64,000 nucleotides of DNA from Pseudomonadota bacterium (GTDB lineage: Bacteria > Bdellovibrionota_B > Oligoflexia > Oligoflexales > CAIYRB01). The stretch is from NCBI GenBank assembly GCA_026390445.1, contig JAPLFX010000049.1, forward strand, positions 10,533-74,532, written 5' to 3'. This document shows positions 51,387 through 62,014 of this stretch, in pieces; position 1 is the first letter of the stretch; each line of letters opens with the position of its first letter. The position numbers were made by a program, and so were the translations under genes. The notes beneath the pieces were generated by a model. That model ran no database searches. It saw nothing but the letters and a program-made list of their open reading frames with translations, and had not been told where the DNA came from.

Positions 51387-52124
51387 ATGCTAAGATCAGA
51401 TAGCCGCTCATCGGGGCAGATGCGCCCCATTCGGCTTACCCCGCACTATACAAAGCATGCCGATGGCAGTGTATTGATCGAGGTTGGAGATACCAAAATC
51501 ATCTGTACCGTCTCGGTTGAAGATGGTGTTCCGCATTTTCTGCGCAATGTGCAGCCCGCCCAGGGCTGGTTGACCGCTGAGTACTCCATGCTTCCTGGCT
51601 CTTCGGCGCAACGGATTCGCCGCGAGAGAGGCGGTGCCTTAGGAGGTCGTACCCAGGAGATCCAGCGCCTTATTGGGCGCGCCTTACGTGGTGTGATCGA
51701 TTTGAATCGCTGCCCGGATTTGACGTTTAATATTGACTGCGATGTGATCCAGGCCGACGGCGGAACCAGAACGGCAGCTATTACAGGTGCTTATGTTGCC
51801 ATGCGCATAGCAGTGGCAAAACTCCTACGAGCGGGTCGGCTGCGGCAGAGTCCGCTACACGATGCCGTGGCCGCGGTATCTGTCGGGATGAAACACGGAC
51901 AGCTCTTGGTCGATTTAAATTATATTGAAGATAGCTCAGCCGATTTGGACATGAACGTCGTGTTGACTCAAAGCGGTAAGATTCTTGAAATTCAGGGTAC
52001 GGCCGAGCGAGCCGCCTTTGGTAAAGACGATGTTGTTCGAATTATTGATGCTGCCCAAGAGGCCTTGACCTCTTTATTTGAGCTTCAAGCTGCTGCGGCC
52101 GATGGCCAAATCGTCGAGTCTTGA
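51387..52124 (+). CDS. rph: Ribonuclease PH
   Basis: GWLTAEYSMLP, GRTQEIQRLIGR, DGGTRTA. Start corrected to ATG 51387 (GGAG upstream). Confidence 0.97.
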   Translation: MLRSDSRSSGQMRPIRLTPHYTKHADGSVLIEVGDTKIICTVSVEDGVPHFLRNVQPAQGWLTAEYSMLPGSSAQRIRRERGGALGGRTQEIQRLIGRALRGVIDLNRCPDLTFNIDCDVIQADGGTRTAAITGAYVAMRIAVAKLLRAGRLRQSPLHDAVAAVSVGMKHGQLLVDLNYIEDSSADLDMNVVLTQSGKILEIQGTAERAAFGKDDVVRIIDAAQEALTSLFELQAAAADGQIVES

Positions 52125-52132
52125 GCTAAAGT

Positions 52133-52654
52133 CTAAGCCGTGATGACATAGGCCAGGAGCACCAGTCCTACAAGCAGGAAAACCAGGGTGATCCTGGTCA
52201 CCCAGTCTGGCGATCTGCTTTTGTGGTCGCGTGGGATGGCTCCTGCTTGGAGCGTTGCAAACCCCGTAGATTTCGGTTCGCCTGCCGGCTTCTTCGTCGC
52301 GACTGGAGTTGGCTTAGCAGCATCCGCTAAAGGCGATGCAGTTGGTTGAGGCTTGGTCGGCTGGTCGGCGATGCCGTCTGCAGTCTCATCGGTCGGCGTC
52401 ACTCGGCCGTCTGGTGAGGTTTCTTCGTAGCTACCAAAGGCCCCCGCCTGGGGCCTACCCGCCGTATCTTCATCGGGCGCCGCCAAAAGAGCCGCGGTTC
52501 TTTCGCCGTCATCGCTCAAAATAGTCTTGGTAAATTGGCGATTGGCTTTACTCGCCGACGGCAAATGCTGGTCCATTGCTTGGTGAACCAGCATGAGAGT
52601 CCGAGAGACGACCGCCTCTTCCGGCGAAGGTATAAACTCAAAGATACGATTCAT
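52133..52654 (-). CDS. Hypothetical protein with Pro/Thr-rich linker and C-terminal TM
   Basis: 173-aa ORF filling the secA-rph gap, ends ITLVFLLVGLVLLAYVITA. Confidence 0.7.
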   Translation of the reverse strand: MNRIFEFIPSPEEAVVSRTLMLVHQAMDQHLPSASKANRQFTKTILSDDGERTAALLAAPDEDTAGRPQAGAFGSYEETSPDGRVTPTDETADGIADQPTKPQPTASPLADAAKPTPVATKKPAGEPKSTGFATLQAGAIPRDHKSRSPDWVTRITLVFLLVGLVLLAYVITA

Positions 52655-52687
52655 CGAGATATCGTATCACAGGTCGTGGCGCTTGCT

Positions 52688-55360
52688 CTAGGCACGGCCT
52701 AGCTCTTCCCCCGTAGGTAGACCATGACATTTTTTGAACTTTTTACCCGATCCGCAGGGGCAGACATCATTGCGGCCGACTTTGTCCATATCACGCTTAA
52801 ACGTCTGAGCCGTTAGGGGCTTTGTGGGCTCAGAGGTCGGCACCCTCGTGCCATGGTAGATGAGACCAGCGCCGTTCGCCGTGTCGCCACCCGACTCTGC
52901 TTCAGCCGATGTAGGTGACAGCGACGAAGCCGGATCAGGGTGACGCAGCTGCAGCAACTCTTCATCTAGCTCTGGCTCTGGCTCTAAATCTCGGGCTGTC
53001 TGCTCGGGGGACTGGTCAGGAATTTCAATGGAGGCCAGAGCTGAGGCTGTCTCCTCTTGAATCCGCACCATCATTTCGGAGAAGAGCCGGAAGCCCTCTT
53101 TTTTATATTCTTGAAGAGGGTCGCGTTGGCCGTAGCCTCTAAGGCTGACGCTGTCTTTTAGCGCATCCATGCCCATCAGGTGGTTCTTCCATGCCTTGTC
53201 AATGACTTGGAGGAAGACCCAGCTTTCGAGACGGCGAGCATTTTCTTCGCCAATCCGGTCGGTCTTTGCCTTGTAACCCGCCATCACTTGAGCGGTGATG
53301 CTGTCGGCGATGGAGTCGACGGACGCATCGCCAGCCGTAAGTTGGCTTAGGTCAATCGGAAGATGCAGAGCGGCTTTAGCCAATGTCTCGACGTGGGGCA
53401 AGTCCCAAGATCCAGCCCCGGTCAGATCTGGAGCCTGGTCGGCCACGGTGGCATGCGCAATACTGTGGATAGCTTCTTCGGTGAAATCAATGCGGGTCTC
53501 TGCTTCCAGCGCTTGCCGACGCAGGCCGTAGATGACTTGCCGCTGTTGGCTCATGACATCGTCGTACTCGAGCAAATGCTTACGGCTGGAGAAGTTTTGC
53601 TCTTCAACCCGACGCTGGGCACGAGCAATGGCCCGGGTCACCATCGGCGAAATAATCGCCTCCCCCTCCTGCATTCCTAGACGGCCCATAATGGATGACA
53701 GCCGGTCCGAAGCAAAGATGCGCATCAAGTCGTCCTCTAAAGAGAGGAAGAACTTAGATTGCCCAGGATCGCCCTGCCGCCCTGAACGACCGCGCAGCTG
53801 GTTGTCGATCCGACGCGATTCATGGCGCTCGGTACCAACCACGTAGAGGCCACCAAGATCCTTGACACCCTCACCTAAGACGATGTCCGTCCCCCTGCCG
53901 GCCATGTTGGTGGAAATGGTCACCTGGCCCTTTTGTCCTGCGGCTGCGACAATATCCGCCTCTCGAGCGTGGTTCTTGGCGTTGAGGATTTCATGCGGAA
54001 TCTTTCGCTGCACCAGCAGACTCGCCAACAACTCCGATTTCTCGACGGAGACCGTACCAACCAGTACTGGCTGGCCGCGCTTTTGTGCTTCGGCGATTTC
54101 GTCTGCGATGACGTTGAACTTCTCTCTAGCGGTGCGGAAGACGACGTCCTCATGGTCCTGACGGATCAAGTTCCGGTTGGTTGGGATGACTGCGACGTCG
54201 AGGTTGTAGATCTTCTTAAACTCGACCGCCTCGGTGTCAGCCGTTCCCGTCATCCCACCAAGCTTACTGTACAAGCGGAAAAAGTTTTGAAAGGTGATGG
54301 TTGCCATCGTCTGGGTTTCATTTTGAACCTCGACGTGCTCTTTTGCCTCCAACGCCCCGTGTAACCCGTCGCTGTAACGACGGCCAGGCATCAGACGCCC
54401 CGTGTGCTCATCAACGATCAGGACCTTGCCCTCGCGGACGACATAGTCCACGTCCTTTTTGAAGACGATATGCGCTTTAAGAGCCTGCTGAATATGGTGC
54501 AGGTATTCGATATGGGTCGGGTCGTAGAGGTTCTCAATGCGGAGGCGCTTCTCTAGCTTACTGATGCCGTCTTCAGTTAAAGCCACCGTCCGTGACTTCT
54601 CGTCGAAGATATAATCGCTATCCTTTTGCAAACCAGGGATCGCCGAGTTGACCGTTGCGTACAGTCCAATATTGGTTTCGGATGGCCCCGAAATGATGAG
54701 GGGCGTTCTGGCTTCATCAATGAGAATCGAGTCAACCTCATCGACGATTGCGAAAAAATGCCCGCGCTGGACCATGCGGCTTGCTTCGGTCTTCATATTG
54801 TCGCGCAGGTAATCGAAGCCGAATTCGTTATTGGTACCGTAGGTGACATCGCAGGCATAGGAGTCGCGACGCTGGCTGTCGCTTAGTCCGTGCACGATGG
54901 TTCCGGTGGTGAGGCCAAGAAATCCGTAGATTCGTCCCATCCACTCAGCATCACGTTTGGCTAGATAGTCGTTGACGGTGACCAGGTGGGCACCCTTGCC
55001 AGCCAAGGCATTTAGGTAGATAGGCAGGGTCGCAGTCAGGGTCTTTCCCTCACCGGTTCGCATCTCGGCAATCTTCCCCTCGTGCAGGAAAATCCCGCCG
55101 ACCAGCTGGACGTCAAAGTGCCGCTTTTTATCGACCCTCCATCCGGCCTCTCGGACTACGGCGAAGGCCTCTGGTAGCAAGGCGTCTAGCGTTTCACCCT
55201 GGCTGAAGCGAGCCTTGAACTCCGCGGTTTTTTGTCGGAGCGCGTCGTCGCTTAACGCCTTGGTTTGCGGCTCGAGCGCATTGATTTTGTCGACCAGCGG
55301 CTTGATTCGTTTAAGTTCGCGGTCGTTCTTACTGCCAAATATTTTTTGAAGAAATTGCAT
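52688..55360 (-). CDS. secA: Preprotein translocase SecA
   Basis: MRTGEGKT, IVDEVDSILIDEARTPLIISG, NMAGRGTD, SEC-C motif GRNDVCPCGSGKKFKKCH. Start MQFLQKIFG at 55360. Confidence 0.99.
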   Translation of the reverse strand: MQFLQKIFGSKNDRELKRIKPLVDKINALEPQTKALSDDALRQKTAEFKARFSQGETLDALLPEAFAVVREAGWRVDKKRHFDVQLVGGIFLHEGKIAEMRTGEGKTLTATLPIYLNALAGKGAHLVTVNDYLAKRDAEWMGRIYGFLGLTTGTIVHGLSDSQRRDSYACDVTYGTNNEFGFDYLRDNMKTEASRMVQRGHFFAIVDEVDSILIDEARTPLIISGPSETNIGLYATVNSAIPGLQKDSDYIFDEKSRTVALTEDGISKLEKRLRIENLYDPTHIEYLHHIQQALKAHIVFKKDVDYVVREGKVLIVDEHTGRLMPGRRYSDGLHGALEAKEHVEVQNETQTMATITFQNFFRLYSKLGGMTGTADTEAVEFKKIYNLDVAVIPTNRNLIRQDHEDVVFRTAREKFNVIADEIAEAQKRGQPVLVGTVSVEKSELLASLLVQRKIPHEILNAKNHAREADIVAAAGQKGQVTISTNMAGRGTDIVLGEGVKDLGGLYVVGTERHESRRIDNQLRGRSGRQGDPGQSKFFLSLEDDLMRIFASDRLSSIMGRLGMQEGEAIISPMVTRAIARAQRRVEEQNFSSRKHLLEYDDVMSQQRQVIYGLRRQALEAETRIDFTEEAIHSIAHATVADQAPDLTGAGSWDLPHVETLAKAALHLPIDLSQLTAGDASVDSIADSITAQVMAGYKAKTDRIGEENARRLESWVFLQVIDKAWKNHLMGMDALKDSVSLRGYGQRDPLQEYKKEGFRLFSEMMVRIQEETASALASIEIPDQSPEQTARDLEPEPELDEELLQLRHPDPASSLSPTSAEAESGGDTANGAGLIYHGTRVPTSEPTKPLTAQTFKRDMDKVGRNDVCPCGSGKKFKKCHGLPTGEELGRA

Positions 55361-55450
55361 CCGAAAGCCCAGATCTTTCACAAGCGGTTGGGTAACCCGG
55401 GCAATATACCTGCCACAGGCCACAGGCGAAACAGCTAGTCTTCATTCGAC

Positions 55451-56413
55451 TCAATACACATGGCTGATGTCGGCCAGATCGAGGATGAATTTTTGTGGAT
55501 TTTCGAGTTTGCCATTGATCAACACTTCATAATGCACATGTGGCCCTGTGGTCCGGCCGGAGTCGCCGACGGTGGCGATTTGTTCGCCACGAGCGACCTT
55601 CTGGCCGGGCTGGACCATGTTCTGATGATTGTGGCCATACCGCGTCACCACGCCATAACCATGTGCAACCATTATGAAATTTCCGAACCCGGCCTTGGCG
55701 CCAGAGAAGATGACGACGCCGTCGGCTGGAGCCAGAATGGCGGTACCCACCGGCGCTGCAATATCAATTCCGGCGTGATCGGTGCGCTCTCCAGTGAACG
55801 GTGAGACTCGGACACCAAAGCCGCTAGTGATCCACCCATCGACTGGAGCTAGAGAAGGGATTGAAGACAGGAGATTTTTTTGTTTGCTGAGGGTCGACAG
55901 CAGGTGCTGTAGCTCCAGAGCGTGGTTGTTCGCCTCCTGGCCGATCCCCGACAAGCGGTCGAAAACCTGTCTAAACACCAGCTTATCCAGATTTAGACCG
56001 ATTGGAACATAGCCTTCTGGCTGGAGCGCCTCGCCGTCGCGTTTGGCGACGCCAAACTCCTCCGGCGAAAGGGGGCCGATTCCCGTCTTTTTGCTAAACT
56101 TTTGCACCTTGATAGCCGTCAGCTCGCCGAGCTTGGACGTGTAATCTTGCACCCGGCGCAGCGATACTTTGACCTCCTCAAGATTCTGCATCAAGACCCG
56201 TGCTTCGCCTTTCAGACCCTCATTCTCGGCGGAGATGACTTGGTAGTGATGGCGAAAGGAGCGCAGTTGGAGGTAGTCGAGGAGCACAAACCCGCTGCTG
56301 CCAAATGCCAAAAAGCTGGAGAAAAATAGGCCCTTAATTAAGGCCTGAGGCAAGCGCACCTGGCGTGTGGCCCGGTGCCCATCGGGAATGATCATGATGG
56401 TCAATCGTTTCAC
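55451..56413 (-). CDS. M23 family metallopeptidase with TM and coiled coil
   Basis: HAGID (HxxxD), TRYGH, TGPHVHYEV. Confidence 0.93.
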   Translation of the reverse strand: MKRLTIMIIPDGHRATRQVRLPQALIKGLFFSSFLAFGSSGFVLLDYLQLRSFRHHYQVISAENEGLKGEARVLMQNLEEVKVSLRRVQDYTSKLGELTAIKVQKFSKKTGIGPLSPEEFGVAKRDGEALQPEGYVPIGLNLDKLVFRQVFDRLSGIGQEANNHALELQHLLSTLSKQKNLLSSIPSLAPVDGWITSGFGVRVSPFTGERTDHAGIDIAAPVGTAILAPADGVVIFSGAKAGFGNFIMVAHGYGVVTRYGHNHQNMVQPGQKVARGEQIATVGDSGRTTGPHVHYEVLINGKLENPQKFILDLADISHVY

Positions 56414-57195
56414 TCACCGCCTCGCGGTCCCACGCTGACGGCGATGATGACGACTGAAATATTGTCGTCGCCGCCGTGGGCATTGGCCAAATCGATCAGC
56501 GACTGGACCGCTGCCGTGGCATGGGTTTTTAAGTGAAAGGAGATATCTTTGTCGGTGACCTTGCCGTGGAGTCCATCGCTGCAGAGGAGCAGCTTGTCGC
56601 CATCTTCCAGTGCCAAGCTGGTGGTGTCCACGTCTTCTTCTTCCTGGTAGCCGACGCTGCGCGTGATGACGTTGCGCAGATGGTGAAGGTCGGCCTCCTC
56701 TTTGGTCAGAATCCCCGCGCGGACCTGTTCGCTGACGAGGGAGTGGTCATTGGTCACTTGATAGATAAATTCTCGTCTGAGCAGGTAGCAGCGGCTATCC
56801 CCGACATGCGCGATATAGGCATAATCATCGATTATTTTAACCACCGTTGCGGTTGTTCCCATGCCGCGCAGAGATGGCTCTTCAAGTGCTCTTTCATAAA
56901 TCTTGGTCGAGGCGTAATTGATGGCATTGCCGAGCATATTTGAAACGCGGGCATCTGGATGCGTTCGCTGAGGCGACGGGGCGAAGAGTTCCTTCTGTTC
57001 CTGGACGTGCTGGTCGATCGCTTGGACGCAGAGGCTGCTGGCTATTTCGCCCCCGGCATGGCCACCCATACCGTCGGCAACTATGAATAATTGCTGCACG
57101 GGGTCACTCAGGATCGAGTCCTGATTGGCTGAGCGTACCTGCCCAACATGGGTGGCGCCGGCCGCGGTGATCCTGATTTCAGGGGCGGTGGACAA
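56410..57195 (-). CDS. PP2C-family Ser/Thr phosphatase (Stp1-like)
   Basis: RSANQD, VADGMGG, HVGDSRCY, LCSDGL, GGDDNIS. Confidence 0.95.
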   Translation of the reverse strand: MSTAPEIRITAAGATHVGQVRSANQDSILSDPVQQLFIVADGMGGHAGGEIASSLCVQAIDQHVQEQKELFAPSPQRTHPDARVSNMLGNAINYASTKIYERALEEPSLRGMGTTATVVKIIDDYAYIAHVGDSRCYLLRREFIYQVTNDHSLVSEQVRAGILTKEEADLHHLRNVITRSVGYQEEEDVDTTSLALEDGDKLLLCSDGLHGKVTDKDISFHLKTHATAAVQSLIDLANAHGGDDNISVVIIAVSVGPRGGE

Positions 57196-57213
57196 ATAGA
57201 CCTTCGGTCAGAG

Positions 57214-58170
57214 TTACTGGGGGAGTCTCTCTGAGATTTTATCATGCGCAGCCAGCGCAGCATAGACATCGGCCAAGGATCGTCGCAGGGGGATCTCACA
57301 GGTCCAGCCGAGCTGCTTTTGTGCCAGGCGGCTGTCAGCAATCATGTCGCAGGGGTCGCTAGGTCGATACAGGCCCGGGTTGACATGGCTGCCAACCTGC
57401 TTGCCAGAGATCTGGAGCAGATGGTCTAGTATCTCTTGAATGGCGACCGATTGGCCAGAGCCTAGAACGAACAGACGCGACGGCGGTTGCTTTTCCAAGA
57501 TCAAGCGGTAGGCGCGGACGATATCGCGGACATCGCAGAAATCACGTCTCGATGCGAGGTTACCAACATCGATCGAGCCCCCTGCCGGGGTGTTGAGGAT
57601 GCGTTGAGCAAAGCCCGGGCAAACGAAGCTGGTCGCCTGTCCGGGGCCGATATGGTTGAACGGGCGGGCCACATAAAAGGAGATAGCGTCGCCCTCAAAG
57701 CATTGGCCAACATGCTCTGCCGCCAACTTACTGTGGCCATACGGCGTATGCGGTTGGACCGGAGAGACCTCGTTGATGTCCACCCGACCTTGGTAGGCGT
57801 TGCCATAGACGAAGGCTGAGCTTGCGAACAGCACGGTGGTCGGCCTAGTCGCAACCGCAGCAATGGCGGCGCATAGGTTATGGACACCGACGGTATTGAT
57901 GCTGGACAGCATGGTGCGGTCTTTGGCAGCGTCGATGACTTGGGCAAGTCCTGCAAGGTGAGCGACCGCGTCCGCCTTTGCGGTGCCGACCAAAGCCTGA
58001 ATGCCTGCCTGGTCGCGAATATCGCAAGGGGTTGCCGGAATAGTCTCCCCCGCGACCTGCATCGACGTGCGTTGGTGCGTGGCCAAGACTAGCTCATGCC
58101 CATGGACGAGAAGTTCACGGGCAAGTTGTTGACCAACGAAGCCGCAAGCTCCGGTAATGAGGACGCGCAT
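57214..58170 (-). CDS. rmd: GDP-4-keto-6-deoxy-D-mannose reductase-like SDR
   Basis: ITGACGFVG, PYGHSK, RPFNHIGPGQ, VGNL.SRRDFCDVRDIVRAY. Follows gmd. Confidence 0.75.
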   Translation of the reverse strand: MRVLITGACGFVGQQLARELLVHGHELVLATHQRTSMQVAGETIPATPCDIRDQAGIQALVGTAKADAVAHLAGLAQVIDAAKDRTMLSSINTVGVHNLCAAIAAVATRPTTVLFASSAFVYGNAYQGRVDINEVSPVQPHTPYGHSKLAAEHVGQCFEGDAISFYVARPFNHIGPGQATSFVCPGFAQRILNTPAGGSIDVGNLASRRDFCDVRDIVRAYRLILEKQPPSRLFVLGSGQSVAIQEILDHLLQISGKQVGSHVNPGLYRPSDPCDMIADSRLAQKQLGWTCEIPLRRSLADVYAALAAHDKISERLPQ

Positions 58171-58173
58171 GGT

Positions 58174-59169
<996 letters not shown>

Positions 59170-59261
59170 CTACCTTGATATTCACGACAATAGCGAGCAT
59201 TAAAGCATTGACGCGGGTGTTTTTCCATAGCAAATTTATTGCCTTTGCAGGGCCCACGCGC

Positions 59262-60476
59262 ATGAGCGTCCAGATCGCGATTGTTGTCCAACGCTATGGC
59301 ACCGAGATCATCGGCGGTGGCGAACTCTTAACTCGGCAGGTTGCGGAGCAACTGCACCGTGTCCTGGGTTGGCAGGTTGACGTCTACACGACCACAGCCA
59401 AAGACTATATGACCTGGGCAAACAGTTACGTTCCTGGCCTTGAAGTGATTCAAGGCGTTCGCGTCCATCGCTTTAACAGTAGGTTCCAACGAGCTAAATT
59501 TTTTGGGCTTTATGACCGACTGGTGGGACCCTGGTTGCCTCGTCTGCGGCGCCGAGCGTGGGCGCGGCCCGTGGCGGTGATGCTGGAAAAGCTGTGGATT
59601 TTACTCCAGGGGCCGTACTGCCCAGATCTACTCGCCGAACTGGGTCGTGTTTCCGATCGTTATCAAAAGATCATCTTCGTGACCTATCTTTATTACCCTA
59701 CCTTGGTCGGAGTCAGTCGCTTCAAGGAAAAGGCGATATTGATTCCTCTCGCACACGAAGAGGCGCCTTTTCATTTTATCATTGTGGAACGCATGCTTCG
59801 CTCCGTTCGCAGCATGTTGACCAATACCAAGCCTGAAGAGCTATTGGTCAGGTCCAAGCTCGACGGTGCCTCGGTCCGTATTGATCAAGCCGGCATGGGC
59901 TTTGACGAAACGATGTTTGTTCCGAGACCTGGCCCACCATCAGAGCAGGGATCGCCTTACGTCCTATATTTGGGGCGCATCAGCGCAGGGAAAGGTGTCG
60001 CGCAGCTGGTGTCCTGGTTTGAACAACTTGGCGGAGATGATCGATTTCGTGGCTTGCGGTTGGTTCTGGCTGGACATCTAGAGGACAGCGTGACGATTCC
60101 ACAAGATCCGCGGTTTGAGTACCGTGGTTTCGTTTCAGATGCAGAGAAGCTGCTGCTCATGCGCGATGCGGTGACCGTGGTTAATCCATCGGCGCATGAG
60201 AGCCTGTCGCTGATCGTTATCGAGGCTTTGGCTCTGAAAGTTCCGGTGCTAGTCAATGCCCATTGTGATGTATTGCGTTACTACACTGAAGAAGTCTCAA
60301 CTGCTTTTGGCTTTCGCGACTTCGAGTCATTCAAGGCGGTGCTGCACAAAGTGATTGCGACGAGCTGGCGCAGTGAGCAGGAGCTAAAAGATCTCGAAGA
60401 GGCACGTGCCTGGGCCTTAAAGATGTTCTCGTGGTCGCAGATTCTCTCAGTTTATAATCAGCAGGTGAGGTCCTAG
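59262..60476 (+). CDS. Glycosyltransferase family 4
   Basis: VVQRYG..IIGGGE, YLGRISAGKG, PSAHESLSLIVIEA. Start probably ATG 59262. Confidence 0.9.
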   Translation: MSVQIAIVVQRYGTEIIGGGELLTRQVAEQLHRVLGWQVDVYTTTAKDYMTWANSYVPGLEVIQGVRVHRFNSRFQRAKFFGLYDRLVGPWLPRLRRRAWARPVAVMLEKLWILLQGPYCPDLLAELGRVSDRYQKIIFVTYLYYPTLVGVSRFKEKAILIPLAHEEAPFHFIIVERMLRSVRSMLTNTKPEELLVRSKLDGASVRIDQAGMGFDETMFVPRPGPPSEQGSPYVLYLGRISAGKGVAQLVSWFEQLGGDDRFRGLRLVLAGHLEDSVTIPQDPRFEYRGFVSDAEKLLLMRDAVTVVNPSAHESLSLIVIEALALKVPVLVNAHCDVLRYYTEEVSTAFGFRDFESFKAVLHKVIATSWRSEQELKDLEEARAWALKMFSWSQILSVYNQQVRS

Positions 60477-60498
60477 TCTCGTTGCCTGACGGCCCGGC

Positions 60499-61593
60499 TC
60501 AAAAAGAGTTGAGCCATTGGTTGAATTGCTGCAGACCGCTATTTAGGCTCAGTGCCTTGCGCCTTTGGCGCATGGCGATTGTCAGCGTTGACCTCAGCTC
60601 TTCATCCTGCAGTATGGCTTTGAGTGCAGCAAGAGTCGTAGGCCAGTCGTTTTTGTCGACCAGTAGTCCCGCTTCCCCAAGCGTTTCAGGGACCGCCGAG
60701 GAACGATGGGCCAGAATAGGTAAGTCGAAGAACATGGCCTCGACTAAGGGAACGCCAAAGCCCTCGTGTTCGCTCATGGAGACAAACGCCCGGGCCTGGC
60801 GGTAGATCAGCGCCATGTCAGCATCAGCAACATCGCGCGGAATCACGACATCGGCACCGTGGTCAGTTTGTAAATCAGCGCCGATACGCAGGCCAAGGTG
60901 GGCCGCGAGATCGCAAAATTGGCGGTGGAAATCAGTAGAGAAGAAGCCTCCCACTAAAATTAGTCGAAGGTCCTTGGCGATGAATTTTTGGGCCAAAGAC
61001 AGCAAGATTAACAGGTCTTGTTGGCACTTGTTTGGTGCAATGCGACCAACAAAAAGCAGAGCTGGCCGATTTAGGGCGGGCGACCCTGGCAGAGGGTCAA
61101 AACGGTGCGCAAGCTGCGTCAAGCTCTCATAGTCGCGCAGCAGAGGCATCACGGTCGCGGGTTTTTCCGAGTAGGGGTTGATTTCGGCAGCATTGTGCGC
61201 CGAGTCGGCAAGGACCGCATCCGCGATGACACCGACCATCGGAATTTGCCGGCGACCCAAACTACATGCTTGCTGCGCCATCAATTCACCTTGGCTGTTA
61301 AAGAACCACGGCGGTGTAATGCTATGGTAGCGTACCAGCTTTGGCAGCCTTAGTGGAGCGATTCGCCCGGGGATCGTCGAGGCGATGCTGAAATGATAAA
61401 GGAGCGCTGACTGAGCAAGGTCAGTTGAGAATAACTCATCGAGGCCTCTGGCTTCGCCTTGTTCCGCAAAGATCTCGCTGCGCAAGCCGAGTCCGCGAAG
61501 AGTGCGTTGCATGATGACGGCTTCGTTGCCAATCGCGTCGCGTGGACTAAAGCTTGGTAGCAGTTGATGCAGTGCTTTGTAGTTGGCAATCAT
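60499..61593 (-). CDS. Glycosyltransferase family 4
   Basis: DAIGNE, FVGRIAPNK, SEHEGFGVPLVEAM. Confidence 0.92.
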   Translation of the reverse strand: MIANYKALHQLLPSFSPRDAIGNEAVIMQRTLRGLGLRSEIFAEQGEARGLDELFSTDLAQSALLYHFSIASTIPGRIAPLRLPKLVRYHSITPPWFFNSQGELMAQQACSLGRRQIPMVGVIADAVLADSAHNAAEINPYSEKPATVMPLLRDYESLTQLAHRFDPLPGSPALNRPALLFVGRIAPNKCQQDLLILLSLAQKFIAKDLRLILVGGFFSTDFHRQFCDLAAHLGLRIGADLQTDHGADVVIPRDVADADMALIYRQARAFVSMSEHEGFGVPLVEAMFFDLPILAHRSSAVPETLGEAGLLVDKNDWPTTLAALKAILQDEELRSTLTIAMRQRRKALSLNSGLQQFNQWLNSF

Positions 61594-62006
61594 TGGCGGT
61601 CCCCGACCTTCACTTCACGTTGCTGTTGCTCGAGGAGCAAGACTCGCTGTTCGAGCTGTTGCACCGTCAAGGCAAGGTTCCAGAGGTGCTGATTGAGTTC
61701 GACTTGTCGCACCATACTGATTTTGAGCAGGCGGTTTAACAGGCCGACGCTAATTCTTTTTGCAAGGATGATACAAGGGCCGAGCCACCGCCTGTGACTG
61801 GTGAAATGATGGGTAAAAAACAGGTCTTGCAGTCCTGCCATGGACTTAAGGTCGCCCTTGCTGATGTGCTCTGCATTAGGCCAGCTGAATTCCAAGTCGG
61901 CGTGCCGAAAACCAGCGCGCTGCACCTTTAGGCTAGCGACGATGTCGCGTATTTGCTGCTGCGTTTTAGGGTCGAAACTATTGATGTTGTTAAGGCTCAC
62001 CGGCAC
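61590..62006 (-). CDS. Small coiled-coil hypothetical protein in polysaccharide operon
   Basis: SHRRWLGPCIILAKR...RQVELNQ...VQQLEQRVLLLEQ. Overlaps the next GT start. Confidence 0.75.
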   Translation of the reverse strand: MPVSLNNINSFDPKTQQQIRDIVASLKVQRAGFRHADLEFSWPNAEHISKGDLKSMAGLQDLFFTHHFTSHRRWLGPCIILAKRISVGLLNRLLKISMVRQVELNQHLWNLALTVQQLEQRVLLLEQQQREVKVGDRQ

Positions 62007-62014
62007 GAATTCCT

